A program made the position numbers and the translations under genes. From Alphaproteobacteria bacterium (GTDB lineage: Bacteria > Pseudomonadota > Alphaproteobacteria > JAJTHO01 > CANGYM01): a stretch of 64,000 bases of DNA. This document shows, in pieces, positions 48,932 through 59,863 of the stretch. Under the pieces are notes generated by a model, which searched no databases, was not told the origin of the DNA, and saw only the letters and a list, made by a program, of their open reading frames with translations. Each line of letters starts with the position of its first letter. Positions within the stretch are counted from its first letter, which is position 1. The stretch spans positions 19,260 through 83,259 of the forward strand of contig JBILRW010000001.1 in assembly GCA_044372405.1 (NCBI GenBank). The letters run 5' to 3'.

Positions 48932-49705
48932 ATGGCCAAGCAAAACCACCCCTATCATCTCGTGGACCCCAGTCCCTGGCCGTTGCTTTCTTCATGGGCG
49001 GCGGGTGGTCTGGCTGTGGGTGCCCTTTTGTTTTTCAAAGGAATCACGGCCTATGGCCTGTGGCTGGGCCTTTTTTTACTTTTGGCTTGTATGTACGGCT
49101 GGTGGCGCAGTGTGGTGAAGGAGGCCAATACCCCCGGCACCCACACGTCGGTGGTTCAAACGGGCCTTCGTTACGGCGTTGTGCTGTTTATTGCCTCTGA
49201 GGTCATGTTTTTTGTGGCGTTTTTCTGGGCTTATTTTAACGCCCGGTTGTTTCCTGTGGGGGGTGTCTGGCCGCCCGAGGGCATTGTTCCCCTGGATCCC
49301 ATGTCGTTGCCTTTTCTGAATACACTGATTTTACTTCTTTCCGGGACAACCGTCACCTGGGCGCATCATGCCCTGATTCACGGAGACCGCCAGGGATTGC
49401 GTCAGGGATTGCTCTATTCGGTTCTTTTGGGGGTTTTATTTTTGGGCCTTCAGGCCTATGAGTACACCCATGCCACGTTTGGGTTCCGTGACGGCATTTA
49501 TGCGTCAACGTTTTATATGGCCACGGGGTTTCACGGGTTTCACGTATTGATTGGGACGATTTTCTTGCTGGTCTGTTATTTGCGGGCGCGCTCGGGCCAC
49601 TTCACGGCAAAACATCATGTCGGGTTCGAGGCTGCGGCCTGGTACTGGCACTTTGTGGATGTCGTATGGTTATTTTTGTTTGTCTCGGTGTATTTGGGTG
49701 GTTAA
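48932..49705 (+). CDS. ctaE: Cytochrome c oxidase subunit III
   Basis: [17 protein letters not shown]... (COX3 N-terminus) and seven TM helices. A good RBS, AAGGAG, precedes it. Confidence 0.9.
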   Translation: MAKQNHPYHLVDPSPWPLLSSWAAGGLAVGALLFFKGITAYGLWLGLFLLLACMYGWWRSVVKEANTPGTHTSVVQTGLRYGVVLFIASEVMFFVAFFWAYFNARLFPVGGVWPPEGIVPLDPMSLPFLNTLILLLSGTTVTWAHHALIHGDRQGLRQGLLYSVLLGVLFLGLQAYEYTHATFGFRDGIYASTFYMATGFHGFHVLIGTIFLLVCYLRARSGHFTAKHHVGFEAAAWYWHFVDVVWLFLFVSVYLGG

Positions 49706-50057
49706 AGAGAGGGCTTCTTTTTTCCGTACCGTATGTCGGGGGACCTGCCCCCGATGTGGCCAGGGACATGTTTATGAAGGGTTTTTTCGCCTAAAGCCCC
49801 AGTGCCCCCACTGTCATTTAGATCTGCGGGGCCATGATATGGGGGATGGTCCGATTTATATTCTTCTGTCCCTTTTGTGTGTGATTGTCCCCCTCAGCGC
49901 GCTGTTTGTGGAGTTTCGGTACGATCCGCCCTTTTGGGTTCATATCGTGCTCTGGCCGTTTATGGTTGTGGGCTTGATTCTGGCGCTTCTCAGGCCTGTA
50001 AAATCAGTATATTTGCACCAGCAGTACCTGCATCGCTCCCTTAAAGAGGACGATTAA
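49698..50057 (+). CDS. DUF983 family protein
   Basis: CxxC...CxxC (CPRCGQG...CPHC) followed by two TM helices. It follows coxC, as is typical in alphaproteobacteria. The start (GTG 49698 or ATG 49659) is uncertain. Confidence 0.6.
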   Translation: MVKERASFFRTVCRGTCPRCGQGHVYEGFFRLKPQCPHCHLDLRGHDMGDGPIYILLSLLCVIVPLSALFVEFRYDPPFWVHIVLWPFMVVGLILALLRPVKSVYLHQQYLHRSLKEDD

Positions 50058-50061
50058 CACC

Positions 50062-50781
50062 ATGAACCGACTGAAATCTATTCTGTTTTGGGGATTCTTT
50101 TTGGGGGTTCAGGGGGTGTTGCTGAGTTTGAGCCAATGGCAATGGGATCGTCTGGACCAAAAAGAAAAAGCCATAGAACTCAGAGATAAACGATGGTCAT
50201 CCCAGGCCATGCCAGTAGAACAAGCGATTTTGCAAGGCGGTATGACCCCCGAATGGTCCCACGTCATGGTGTGTGGCCAGGTCAAACCGGAACTGTATGC
50301 TAAGGTCAGCTATCTGGCAGGGCTGCCCAAGGCCGCCTTTTCGTTGGCCGTTCCCATGCTGGCGGATTTAGGGTCGTTAGGAAATCGAAACATTATTTTG
50401 GACGTCGGCTATTTTTATTTTGATCAAGAAACGAATTTTGAATCCCTTCGGACTTCAGAGCAGGCGCCTGAAAAGCAATGTTTTTCAGGGAATATTATGC
50501 CGATGCCCCCTCGGTCCCGGTGGAATTTTGGGGGAAGCAGCGCTAAAGACACCTACTCTTATTTCGATGTCGATATGATGGCCAGCCGCTGGTCCCTAAA
50601 GCCCTATGTGCCCCTGGTGGTGCGTCTGGATCAGGTTTTGCCGCTTTATCAGGGACAGATTATGTCCTACGCTTCAACCCCGCCTGAAATCAACAATCCC
50701 CACCGGGGCTATGCCCTCACATGGTTGGCGTTGGCGGTGCTTTGGCCGGTGATCATGGGGCTGCGTTTTTGGCGGCGATGA
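50062..50781 (+). CDS. surf1: SURF1-family cytochrome oxidase biogenesis protein
   Basis: N- and C-terminal TM helices and a SURF1-like periplasmic domain. Confidence 0.75.
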   Translation: MNRLKSILFWGFFLGVQGVLLSLSQWQWDRLDQKEKAIELRDKRWSSQAMPVEQAILQGGMTPEWSHVMVCGQVKPELYAKVSYLAGLPKAAFSLAVPMLADLGSLGNRNIILDVGYFYFDQETNFESLRTSEQAPEKQCFSGNIMPMPPRSRWNFGGSSAKDTYSYFDVDMMASRWSLKPYVPLVVRLDQVLPLYQGQIMSYASTPPEINNPHRGYALTWLALAVLWPVIMGLRFWRR

Positions 50782-50843
50782 ACAAAGTGGGTGAAAAAAC
50801 GCTTGTCAAATCCCCGCCGCTGCTGTTATGTCAACCCCTGATG

Positions 50844-50935
50844 CGGAGAGGTGGCCGAGTGGTCGAAGGCGCACGCCTGGAAAGTGTGTATATGCCAAAA
50901 GCGTATCAAGGGTTCGAATCCCTTTCTCTCCGCCA
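50844..50935 (+). tRNA. tRNA-Ser (anticodon GGA)
   Basis: Near-identical in layout to E. coli tRNA-Ser(GGA): ...GCACGCCTGGAAAGTGTGTAT..., a long variable arm and a 3' CCA. Confidence 0.85.
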
Positions 50936-51141
50936 GGTTTTTTGGTGGGTGTAAAAACCGTAACTCCCCAGCCCCCTATGCCGGCATAAAATACGGATGT
51001 TAAATGACTTTGTTTTTTCTAAGCGCCATTTTCGTGTTTGGGAGGTCAAAAACAGCGTTTTTGTCTCTAATTTGGTAAAATGCTAAAAATAAAACCATTG
51101 AAAATCAATAGCTTCAAGGTTTTTTCAGGAGGGCTGGGTAG

Positions 51142-52110
51142 TTATTTTCTGCGGGCTTTAATGATGCCTTTGGTTTGCGGGACAGGCTTTTCTTGTGTCG
51201 ATTTACGCCGAGTTTTTTTGGGCTTTGCTGTGGCTTTTTCAGGTTTTTCGGGTGTTGCTGCTGCTGTGCTGTTTTTCGGCGGACGTCCGGGCTTTTTGGG
51301 GGCGGGGCTGAGGAGTGTTTTAAGGGATGGTTTGGTTTTTTTGACGCTTTTTGTGATGGTTTTCTTTTTGGGTGTGGGCGCGGCAACAACCGTATCGTCA
51401 ATGTCTATACCAAACAGCGCCGCCATATCATCGTCGGCCATAATACGGTCGGTATCCGGTTTGGCCGTACCCGTCATCGGGATGTTTTTGCCTGCGGCGG
51501 AGATTAATTCATTTTCATTCACGGCGCGTAGGGTAAAGAGCAGCTCTGGCTGTTTATCCAACCGTGCCCCAACACCATACAGCGCCGCTGCCACGTGTTT
51601 GCACATATCCGCCCAATCGGGGCAACTGCACGACAGGCTGATCTCTTTGGGGGAAGGAAACAGACCGTCACCCTTGCGGCACACCCGTTCCATGACGTTT
51701 TGCGATAGTTTTCCTTGCAGCAATTCCACCAATGATCCGACCGAACCTGCCGCGTCTTTACAGATTTCTTCCCAATCTTCTTTTTTTAATTCCTTGATTT
51801 TTATTGTTATTTTGTATATTTCCGATCCGATAACCAGCGCTGTAACCTCGCCCTTACTCACCTGTAAATCGGCCACCGATCCGTTACGGACATAGGTGCG
51901 CCCACGGGGCAGGCGGCTTTCATAATCACTGTAATGTTCAAGATTTTCACACCACGATTTGCCCCAGAAACTTTTGGCAATGGTGCGACCCTCAATCACG
52001 ACGGGGGTGATTTTTTGTCCCTGCTGGCGCAGCTTTTCCAGTTTTTTCTGCCCCTCGGCGCGGCGCTGTGCCACGGATACGTATGGCCCCCATTGTCTTC
52101 CCCAACTCAT
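51142..52110 (-). CDS. SWIM zinc-finger protein with a Lys/Pro/Ala-rich, histone H1-like C-terminal tail
   Basis: The SWIM motif CSCPDWADMCKH. The C-terminal tail is about 80 aa of AKP/KK repeats. It lies immediately downstream of the SNF2 helicase, separated by a 3-nt gap. Confidence 0.75.
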   Translation of the reverse strand: MSWGRQWGPYVSVAQRRAEGQKKLEKLRQQGQKITPVVIEGRTIAKSFWGKSWCENLEHYSDYESRLPRGRTYVRNGSVADLQVSKGEVTALVIGSEIYKITIKIKELKKEDWEEICKDAAGSVGSLVELLQGKLSQNVMERVCRKGDGLFPSPKEISLSCSCPDWADMCKHVAAALYGVGARLDKQPELLFTLRAVNENELISAAGKNIPMTGTAKPDTDRIMADDDMAALFGIDIDDTVVAAPTPKKKTITKSVKKTKPSLKTLLSPAPKKPGRPPKNSTAAATPEKPEKATAKPKKTRRKSTQEKPVPQTKGIIKARRK

Positions 52111-52113
52111 CGC

Positions 52114-54876
52114 TTAAGCCTCCTTCAGGGCAGCGCTTAGATCCAGCGCCACCAGGTTTAACAGTTCAGTATTGCTCATCTCGGTCAGGTTGATTTCACC
52201 GCCGCCGCCGCCTTCTAAAAACGCACCCGCCAATTGTTTTTTCGATTCAATCATCTCATCTATTTTATCTTCAATTGTGCCTTTGCAAACAAATTTATGT
52301 ACCAGAACATTTCTTTTTTGGCCAATACGAAAGGCACGATCGGTGGCCTGGTTTTCCACTGCCGGATTCCACCAGCGGTCAAAGTGGATCACGTGGGATG
52401 CGGCGGTGAGGTTTAAGCCCGCGCCGCCGGCTTTGATGGAAAGCACAAAAAACGGTACGGTTTCATCTTCCTGAAATTGACGCACCAGGTCTTTGCGCTT
52501 GGCAACGGCGGTTTCGCCGTGCAGCACCAATCCTGGGCGGCCAAAAATACCACTCAGGAACGCGGCCAGCGGTGCCGTGGTTTCCTTAAACTGGGTGAAC
52601 ACCAGTACCTTTTCCTGTTTTTCGGCGATGGTTTCGGCAATATCCCGCAGACGCGCCAGCTTGCCGCTGTCATTCTCCCGCCACAAGCCATCGCCCAACC
52701 ACTGCGACGGATGATTGCAAATCTGCTTGAAACGCATCAGGAATGACAGCACGAGGCCTTTGCGGGCAATGCCGTCGTGGGCTTTTTCCAGCTGCTCGAC
52801 CATATCGTCCACAGCCTGCTGGTACAGCGCCGCCTGCGCCCGGCTGAGGGAACAGAACGCTTTCACCTCTGTTTTATCGGGTAGATCGGCAATGATACTT
52901 TTATCGGTTTTCAGGCGGCGCAGAATATAGGGACGCACCAGATTGCGTAACGGGGCGTACGAGGGTTGCGGCAGGTTATCGAGGTGCTTAACAAAGCCAT
53001 TAAAATCCTTGGCACCGCCCAGCAGCCCTGGGTTAGCAAAATCAAAGATCGACCACAAATCGCTGAGGCGGTTTTCAATGGGCGTACCGGTCAGCGCAAT
53101 ACGGGATTGAGCTTTCAGGGCTTTCACGGCCTTGGTTTGCTTGGTGCCGGGGTTTTTAATGGTCTGGGCCTCATCCAGCACCGCCAGCCTCCAGGACATT
53201 TCCATCAGCCACGGCAGACGCAGCAGCGTGCCATAACTGGTGATCACCAGATCGATTTCGCGCAACAGCTGTTCTGGTTTTGTTTTTAAATCCTCTGCCG
53301 ATAAGGCGGAAGGGTGGGCAATTAGGGTGCGCAGCGACGGCGCAAATTTTGCCGCCTCTGCTTCCCAGTTTCCAAGGAGCGAGGCCGGTGCAACGAGAAT
53401 GCTGGGCTTATGCTCTTTGGCTTTTTGCTGTTTTAACACCAGCAGCAGGGATAAGACCTGTATCGTTTTCCCTAAACCCATATCATCGGCCAGACACGCC
53501 CCAAGGCCCAGTTGCGAGAGTAAATGCAGCCACGCTACCCCCGCCTGCTGATACGGACGCAAGGTGGCGTTTAGGGCTTTGCCGGGATTCACCTGTCCCC
53601 GTGCATCAGGACTGCGCAGCTGCGCCAGCGTTTCATCCAGCCATTTTCCGGCGTTTACCTCGGCCCAGGATACCGTGTCCGCCGTGTCCGCCTGACCGGT
53701 GATGCTGGCACCGGATAACAGGCGCATGGCTTCGGCAAACGATAGTCCTTCTTCAGCAGCGGCGTTTTGCACCGCCTGAAATTTATCCAGTGTGGCTTGC
53801 AGGGCGGCGCGATCGACCTCTATCCACTTGCCGCGCACCAGGGCCAAACCATCCGACTGCGAGAGAATTTCCTTGATTTCCCTGCGGGTGAGTGTTTCCC
53901 CCTCCAGCGTCACCTCCATATCAAAATCCAAAAGCGCGTCCATGCCCACGGTTGAGGGGGATTTACTGCCCACAGTGGCTTTTACTTTCGGGCGCGGTGG
54001 TTTGTTCATGCGCCAATTGGCGGGCATCCTCACAATCACCCCGGCCTCTTCCAACGAAGCAGCGTCTTTCAAAAATTGAAGGGCATCTTGGGGTTTCCAG
54101 CGCAGCGGATGGAAAATCTCGCTGCTGCTTACAATGGCTTTCAGCCACGCACACGCTTCCGCGGCCCGCTGTACTGGCAATAGCAAAGTTAGCAGACTGG
54201 CTTTGTTTTCAAGGCCAGCGTATTCTTTGAGTGCCTGCCCTAATGGCACATGCCGCGCCTGCCCGCCGGCGGATAGTCCTGTGGTATAGGTGGCCATAAA
54301 GGCAAAGGGCCAGTTTTCATCTTTGCGGTTTTCCGCCAAATTAAAATGCACCCGGCCAACGGTATGCCAGGCAGGATTGCGCTGTTTCAAAAAATCGGCC
54401 ACCGATAATCCGGCAGCAGTGCGTTCAACCAGCAGCGCCGCGTTCATATCGGCCCATAACGTCGCCAACACATCGGGGGTCAGGTATTCACCGCCCTTCA
54501 TGGGCGGGGCATCGTCGATGAACTGGCTGAGTACCCCCGGCGCCGGCGTTGATACCAAGGTAATTTCGCTTTCGGGCAGGGCCCGCAGGGCGTCGATATA
54601 GCGCGTTCCCAGTTCCCGCCACCAAGCAAACAGCGGCGGCAGGATCGTTGCACCCTCGGTGGTGGCAAGGTGCAGCAATCCATGACCGCACCCTTTGGTA
54701 AATGCCGCCTCCAGCCGCTCAGCAACAGCTGCTTCAAATGGCGCGGCATTTTCCGCTCGCTCTAGCAATACATGCCCGTGCGGGGTTACAAGGGGTACGA
54801 AGGCTATAGGTTTCAAACGCGCAACCCTTGAAGATACGTCCGTAATGAATAAAACGTGTTTCTCGTTTTTGTACAT
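52114..54876 (-). CDS. SNF2-family helicase/ATPase with a large N-terminal accessory domain
   Basis: DEXH box LADDMGLGKTIQ... and helicase-C motifs. The first 92 codons of the raw ORF (up to 55152) run through MITE copy 3 and are rejected. The start is taken at ATG 54876. Confidence 0.75.
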   Translation of the reverse strand: MYKNEKHVLFITDVSSRVARLKPIAFVPLVTPHGHVLLERAENAAPFEAAVAERLEAAFTKGCGHGLLHLATTEGATILPPLFAWWRELGTRYIDALRALPESEITLVSTPAPGVLSQFIDDAPPMKGGEYLTPDVLATLWADMNAALLVERTAAGLSVADFLKQRNPAWHTVGRVHFNLAENRKDENWPFAFMATYTTGLSAGGQARHVPLGQALKEYAGLENKASLLTLLLPVQRAAEACAWLKAIVSSSEIFHPLRWKPQDALQFLKDAASLEEAGVIVRMPANWRMNKPPRPKVKATVGSKSPSTVGMDALLDFDMEVTLEGETLTRREIKEILSQSDGLALVRGKWIEVDRAALQATLDKFQAVQNAAAEEGLSFAEAMRLLSGASITGQADTADTVSWAEVNAGKWLDETLAQLRSPDARGQVNPGKALNATLRPYQQAGVAWLHLLSQLGLGACLADDMGLGKTIQVLSLLLVLKQQKAKEHKPSILVAPASLLGNWEAEAAKFAPSLRTLIAHPSALSAEDLKTKPEQLLREIDLVITSYGTLLRLPWLMEMSWRLAVLDEAQTIKNPGTKQTKAVKALKAQSRIALTGTPIENRLSDLWSIFDFANPGLLGGAKDFNGFVKHLDNLPQPSYAPLRNLVRPYILRRLKTDKSIIADLPDKTEVKAFCSLSRAQAALYQQAVDDMVEQLEKAHDGIARKGLVLSFLMRFKQICNHPSQWLGDGLWRENDSGKLARLRDIAETIAEKQEKVLVFTQFKETTAPLAAFLSGIFGRPGLVLHGETAVAKRKDLVRQFQEDETVPFFVLSIKAGGAGLNLTAASHVIHFDRWWNPAVENQATDRAFRIGQKRNVLVHKFVCKGTIEDKIDEMIESKKQLAGAFLEGGGGGEINLTEMSNTELLNLVALDLSAALKEA

Positions 54877-54983
54877 CCCAAGATTATCAGCCTGGGAAAG
54901 TTTCCCGAAAAACAAAAACATAAGATAACGCATCGGGTTGTTCAATACAAAAAATAAAAAATCCTTTAAAGGCAAAAAGTTAA

Positions 54984-55068
54984 CAACTGCGAGCCTCCGT
55001 AGGCGGCGTAGCAATCCAGTTTTCCCCCTGGCAGCCTTTCTGGATTGTGTCGCTGCGCTCGCATGACG
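54984..55068. repeat. MITE-like palindromic repeat, copy 3
   Basis: ...ctgcgagcctccgtaggcggcgtagcaatccag...gctgcgctcgcatgacg, about 85% identical to copy 1. Confidence 0.75.
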
Positions 55069-55219
55069 AAGGTTCTGGGTAAGTCTTGTTTTGTTGTAAT
55101 GCCTCCACCCTCGGGGACAAGGGCTGGGGAGAGGGGTCTGGCCCGTACCCATATTCTGAAAGATCGAAAAAAATCCCGCCGTACCTTTTGGGCGGGCGGG
55201 ATTTTAAGAGAAAGTGAGC

Positions 55220-55438
55220 CTAACACTCTCTTTCTCTTGATGAGGCTCTTTCTATCTCAATCAAAAAGGCCTCGACGTCGTCCAGGAGACTTTCGTTCCC
55301 GCGGCCACGTTGTTCGCCTCCTTGGTCTAAATCCGAAAATTTAATGGAAAATTCTCGAATTTTTCTTGCCGGAAGACTGGCAAGCTTGGCCTTGCAGACT
55401 CCGAGCATGATTTCCCTTACTTCATAATAATCAATCAT
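55220..55438 (-). CDS. Hypothetical small protein (72 aa)
   Basis: Open frame only; there is no family resemblance. Confidence 0.2.
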   Translation of the reverse strand: MIDYYEVREIMLGVCKAKLASLPARKIREFSIKFSDLDQGGEQRGRGNESLLDDVEAFLIEIERASSREREC

Positions 55439-55606
55439 TGAATTTAAAGGCCTTGACGGCTTTATGACAGAATGCCCCCATTATGCGCTGCGCTGCGCTG
55501 CGCTGCTTTGCAAGCATTTTGTTCACAATTGCCAAAAAATTTTTGGGTTGCCAAAGGAGTGGGGTGCGCTATACCTGAACGTCTGTTGTGGAGACGATGA
55601 AGGCCC

Positions 55607-56560
55607 ATGCCCCAAAAACCACCGCTAACGCTGCTGATGGCCAGTCCCCGGGGGTTTTGCGCGGGGGTGGATCGCGCTATTTTAATTGTGGAGCGGGCGC
55701 TGGAAAAATACGGCCCGCCTGTGTATGTGCGTCATGAAATTGTCCACAATCGCCACGTGGTCCAGTCGCTACGGGACAAAGGCGCCGTGTTTGTGGATGA
55801 TCTGGCTGCCGTGCCCCCGGATCGCCCCGTGGTTTTTTCCGCCCATGGTGTGTCAAAGGCGGTGGTGTCGGAGGCCGACACCAAAAACCTCTTCACCCTG
55901 GATGCCACCTGTCCCCTGGTTTCCAAGGTTCATCATGAGGTCATCCGTTGGCATACCAAGGGTTGCCATCTCATTTTTATCGGCCATCGCGGCCATCCAG
56001 AGGTTGAGGGCACCATGGGCCAGCTGCCCCCCGGGGCCATGACCCTGGTGGAGACGCTGGCAGATGTGGGGCAACTGACGTTTGTCCCGGAGACGCCCCT
56101 GGCCTATGCCACCCAGACGACCTTATCCCTGGATGAAACGGCGGCCATTGTGGCGGCGCTGCGGGATCGTTTTCCCCAGGTTCAAGGTCCCAAAAAAGAA
56201 GACATTTGTTACGCAACCACCAATCGGCAAGAGGCCGTGAAGCAACTGGCCCCCCGCTGTGATGCCTTTATCGTGGTGGGGTCAGAGAATTCGTCAAATT
56301 CCCGTCAGCTGGTCCAGGTGGCGTTGGATTATGGCTGCCCCCGCGCGGTGCTGATGGACAGTCCCCATCAACTGCCCTCTTTATCCTTGGGTAGCGGTAT
56401 GACGGTGGGACTCAGCGCCGGGGCGTCGGCGCCGGAAACCTTGGTTCAGGCCATCGTGGCGTCTCTCCAGGATTATTTCGATGTCAAGATAGACGAAGGC
56501 AGTCATACTGATGAAAGGGTATCCTTTCGCCTTCCGGTCATACTTGAGCAGGATGCCTAA
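55607..56560 (+). CDS. ispH: 4-hydroxy-3-methylbut-2-enyl diphosphate reductase
   Basis: ...SPRGFCAGVDRAI...VRHEIVHN.... Confidence 0.9.
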   Translation: MPQKPPLTLLMASPRGFCAGVDRAILIVERALEKYGPPVYVRHEIVHNRHVVQSLRDKGAVFVDDLAAVPPDRPVVFSAHGVSKAVVSEADTKNLFTLDATCPLVSKVHHEVIRWHTKGCHLIFIGHRGHPEVEGTMGQLPPGAMTLVETLADVGQLTFVPETPLAYATQTTLSLDETAAIVAALRDRFPQVQGPKKEDICYATTNRQEAVKQLAPRCDAFIVVGSENSSNSRQLVQVALDYGCPRAVLMDSPHQLPSLSLGSGMTVGLSAGASAPETLVQAIVASLQDYFDVKIDEGSHTDERVSFRLPVILEQDA

Positions 56561-56562
56561 GT

Positions 56563-57522
56563 ATGGCAGTATTTACAAGTCTTTCTAGGGCAGACTTTGA
56601 CCAGGTATCACAAGTATGGCCCATAGGAAAGATAGAGAAATACCAAGGAACGACCTCCGGCGTGGAGAACACCACCTACGTTGTATTTCTAAATAATTCT
56701 AAGTATGTCCTCACCTTGATTGAAAAAAGAACCCAGAAAGAAGATCTTGAGTATTTCTCAGAACTTCAAAAGTATTTCTTTTTAAGAGGTATACCGTGCC
56801 CTACCGTTGTTTTGGCCCACGGGCAAAGGATATGCCAAGAAATACTTGGAAAGACCGCTGTCATGACAACGTTTTTACCGGGCCGTTCTCCCGAAATGAT
56901 CACAACGGAGGCCTGCGCGCAGATGGGGGCTCTTTTGGGTCGGATGCATGGGGCTCAAAGGGATTTTCCCTTGCGTAAGAATAACCCTGTCTCCCTAGCC
57001 TCTTTGGAAGAGATTTGGAATCAATGCAACCGGACGGATGCTTCGGTTGAGGCATCATGGGGCTTACTGAAAGAAGAATTAAGACTACAAAAACAAAAAT
57101 CTTTTGGCCATCTAAGGCAAGGAACGATTCACGCCGATGCCTTTCCGGATAATGTGTTTTTTGACGATCAGGGGCACATCTCTGGGATTATTGACTGGTA
57201 TTTTGCGTGTTATGATTTTTTGCTTTATGATGTGGCGTTAACCCTGGTGGGGTGGTGTTATGATGAGGCCCGTCAATGGCGGCCAGAGCGGGCAGGGGCC
57301 TTTTTACGGGCGTATCTGCAGGCTTTTCCGGAAGGCGCTTTTGAAGACGCCGATTTGCGCGGGATGCTGCGCCGTGCGTGTTTGCGCATTACCATGACCC
57401 GTCTTTACGATCAAGTGCATCCCCGTTTGGACGGTCTGGTGGTGCCCAAAAGCCCCTTGGATTTTCTAAATTTTTTGCAGGAACATCGCGCGGCCCCCGT
57501 GCTGCATGACGGGTTATCCTGA
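56563..57522 (+). CDS. thrB: Homoserine kinase type II (APH-like fold)
   Basis: The kinase motifs HADAFPDN and DW, and the conserved ispH-thrB-rnhA gene order. Confidence 0.75.
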   Translation: MAVFTSLSRADFDQVSQVWPIGKIEKYQGTTSGVENTTYVVFLNNSKYVLTLIEKRTQKEDLEYFSELQKYFFLRGIPCPTVVLAHGQRICQEILGKTAVMTTFLPGRSPEMITTEACAQMGALLGRMHGAQRDFPLRKNNPVSLASLEEIWNQCNRTDASVEASWGLLKEELRLQKQKSFGHLRQGTIHADAFPDNVFFDDQGHISGIIDWYFACYDFLLYDVALTLVGWCYDEARQWRPERAGAFLRAYLQAFPEGAFEDADLRGMLRRACLRITMTRLYDQVHPRLDGLVVPKSPLDFLNFLQEHRAAPVLHDGLS

Positions 57523-57962
57523 TGATGCCCCAGGTTACTCTTTATACCGATGGGGCTTGTTCTGGGAATCCAGGGCCTGGGGGCTGGGGGGCTTTATTGC
57601 GCATGGGGGATCACGAAAAAGAACTCTCGGGCGCCGAGGCGAACACCACCAACAATCGCATGGAAATGATGGCCGCCATTGAGGGGCTGAGATCCTTAAA
57701 AAAGCCCTGTACTGTGGACATTTATACAGACAGCCAATACGTTCGCCAGGGCATCACTACGTGGATTCTGGGGTGGAAAAAAAACGGCTGGAAAACCGCC
57801 GATAAAAAACCTGTGAAAAACGAAGAGTTATGGCGTGTCTTGGATGATCTCACTCAGACGCATAACGTACAGTGGCATTGGGTGAAGGGCCACAGTGGAC
57901 ATCCTGAGAATGACCGGGTGGATCTTTTGGCGCGAAACGCAATTTTAAGTTTAAAATCATGA
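57522..57962 (+). CDS. rnhA: Ribonuclease HI
   Basis: [17 protein letters not shown]...[10 protein letters not shown]...[11 protein letters not shown]. Confidence 0.9.
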   Translation: MMPQVTLYTDGACSGNPGPGGWGALLRMGDHEKELSGAEANTTNNRMEMMAAIEGLRSLKKPCTVDIYTDSQYVRQGITTWILGWKKNGWKTADKKPVKNEELWRVLDDLTQTHNVQWHWVKGHSGHPENDRVDLLARNAILSLKS

Positions 57963-59179
57963 CATTAAAGCATTGGGCATACTTAGGAATACTTGGTTTT
58001 TCCAGTGGTTTGCCCCTTATGGTGACAGGCATGTCCCTGTCTGCACGGCTGACGGATGCTGGTTTTTCTCTTGAAACCCTGGGTCTGTTTGCCTTGGTGG
58101 GGCTGCCCTATGCGTTTAAAGTTTTATGGGCGCCCCTGATTGAAACCTTACCTCTGCCTTTTTTGACGGAAAAACTGGGACAACGGCGTGCCTGGGCTGT
58201 TTTGGCCCAGATAGGCTTGCTGTTCAGCTATGCGGGGATGGCGTTTGTGGGGCCGGAGTCTCATATTGTGCGGTTTGCTATTCTTTGCCTGATTCTGTCC
58301 TTTTTTTCGGCGACGCAGGATGTGGCGTTGGATGGGTACCGGATTGCCTGGCTGGAAAAAAATCAGCAGGCTTTTGGCGCGGGCCTGTTTGTGAATTGCT
58401 ACCGTTTGGCGCTGATGGTTTCGGGGGCGGGGGCCGTGATTGTTTCAGATTATATTGGATGGTCTTCGGTGATGCTGGGATTGATGGGGTTTCAGGGATT
58501 GGGTGTTTTGGCTGTTTTAAGCCTTCCCTTTCAATCAATTACGGTTAATAAGAATGATCATTCCTGGTTTTTTCGGGCCTTTCTTCGTCCGTTGCAGGGG
58601 CTGAAAAACCACAGAGGGTGGCTGGGATTTTTGGCGATTGTGTTAACGTTTCGGTTGCCGGATGCCTATCTGGCGTCCATGAATTATCGGTTTTTGTATG
58701 ATACGGGGTTTTCAAAAGCCGAGATTGCCAGCGTTGTACAAATTTATGGTTTGTCGGCGGCTTTTGTGGGGGGGCTCCTCGGGGGGTGGTTGATGCAGCG
58801 CTTGGGGCTTTATCGGGCTTTGATTGTGGCGGCGGTCCTGCAAATGCTGTCTAATTTTAGTTATGCCTGGATTGATGGGCCATTATTATCGCAACTGGTG
58901 CCTGTTATGACGCTGGAGGAACTGGCCAGCGGTATTGCCACGGCCTCTTTTTTGGGGTTTTTGGCCCTTTTGTGTCAAAAAGAAATGGCGGCTACGCAGT
59001 ACGCTCTATTGACATCGCTCATGGCGTTGACCCGGATGCTGGTGTCGTCAACATCGGGTATCGTCTCGTCGGCTTTGGGGTGGGATCTTTTTTTTGTAAT
59101 GTCCGCAATGCTGGGCTTTGTGGGGTTGGGACTGGTGCTTGTCATGCGTCCTTTTTTCAAGGATTTGATGAGGGATTGA
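57959..59179 (+). CDS. AmpG-family MFS muropeptide permease
   Basis: 12-TM MFS with an AmpG-like N-terminus (LGFSSGLPL...L.WAP). Confidence 0.7.
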   Translation: MTLKHWAYLGILGFSSGLPLMVTGMSLSARLTDAGFSLETLGLFALVGLPYAFKVLWAPLIETLPLPFLTEKLGQRRAWAVLAQIGLLFSYAGMAFVGPESHIVRFAILCLILSFFSATQDVALDGYRIAWLEKNQQAFGAGLFVNCYRLALMVSGAGAVIVSDYIGWSSVMLGLMGFQGLGVLAVLSLPFQSITVNKNDHSWFFRAFLRPLQGLKNHRGWLGFLAIVLTFRLPDAYLASMNYRFLYDTGFSKAEIASVVQIYGLSAAFVGGLLGGWLMQRLGLYRALIVAAVLQMLSNFSYAWIDGPLLSQLVPVMTLEELASGIATASFLGFLALLCQKEMAATQYALLTSLMALTRMLVSSTSGIVSSALGWDLFFVMSAMLGFVGLGLVLVMRPFFKDLMRD

Positions 59180-59209
59180 CCGGCCAAAGACGGTGCGTTA
59201 CAGTGCGCC

Positions 59210-59863
59210 ATGACCACAATTCATCGCTTTCTTCCTAAAACTGTTACCAAAGCCGTCATTTTTTTGCATGGTGTTGGGGCCAATGGGCCTGATTTATTGG
59301 GGCTTTCTTCTTTTTTAAAGTCGGCTTTACCGGAAACCGTGGCCTATATTGCGCCGGATGGATTTGATCCCTACGATATGCTTCCACTAGGCATGATGCC
59401 AGAAAGCTATCAGTGGTTTTCCCTGAAAGATCGCTCTGAGGCGGCCTTAGCCTCGGAACTCAACCGCGCAGCTTCCCGTTTTTTGCGGTTGTTTGAAGAC
59501 ATCCGGGCGGATCTTAACCTTAGTTATTCGGACATCGCTCTTGTGGGGTTTTCTCAGGGGACTATGCTGGCCATAAATAGTGCCCTTCAGTTGCCCTCAC
59601 CCATTGCGGGTGTTGTCGGCTTTTCAGGGGCGTTTATACCGCCAGAGCGCGTGGTTAGTCATCCCCCCTTTTGTCTAATCCACGGAAAAGATGATGAGGT
59701 CATACCCAGTCAAGCTACCCAGCAGGCAGCGCAGGATTTAAAACAATTGGGGTGCTCCGTCAATAGTTTCATCGATGATCATCTCGTTCATTCCATCGAT
59801 GAAAAAGGCATACAAAGGATGATAGGGTATGTCTCTAGATGGTTTGATGGTCATCCCTCTTAA
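59210..59863 (+). CDS. Alpha/beta hydrolase, phospholipase/carboxylesterase family
   Basis: The nucleophile elbow GFSQG, and the HG and DD..V...H catalytic elements. Confidence 0.75.
   Translation: MTTIHRFLPKTVTKAVIFLHGVGANGPDLLGLSSFLKSALPETVAYIAPDGFDPYDMLPLGMMPESYQWFSLKDRSEAALASELNRAASRFLRLFEDIRADLNLSYSDIALVGFSQGTMLAINSALQLPSPIAGVVGFSGAFIPPERVVSHPPFCLIHGKDDEVIPSQATQQAAQDLKQLGCSVNSFIDDHLVHSIDEKGIQRMIGYVSRWFDGHPS

Noticed and set aside
51080-51895. 271-aa plus-strand ORF
   Set aside because: It is antisense to the SWIM zinc-finger gene. It is low-complexity and lacks an RBS.
54877-55152. First 92 codons of the SNF2 helicase ORF
   Set aside because: They translate MITE copy 3 and AT-rich leader. 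The conserved protein starts at MYKNEKHVLFI (ATG 54876).
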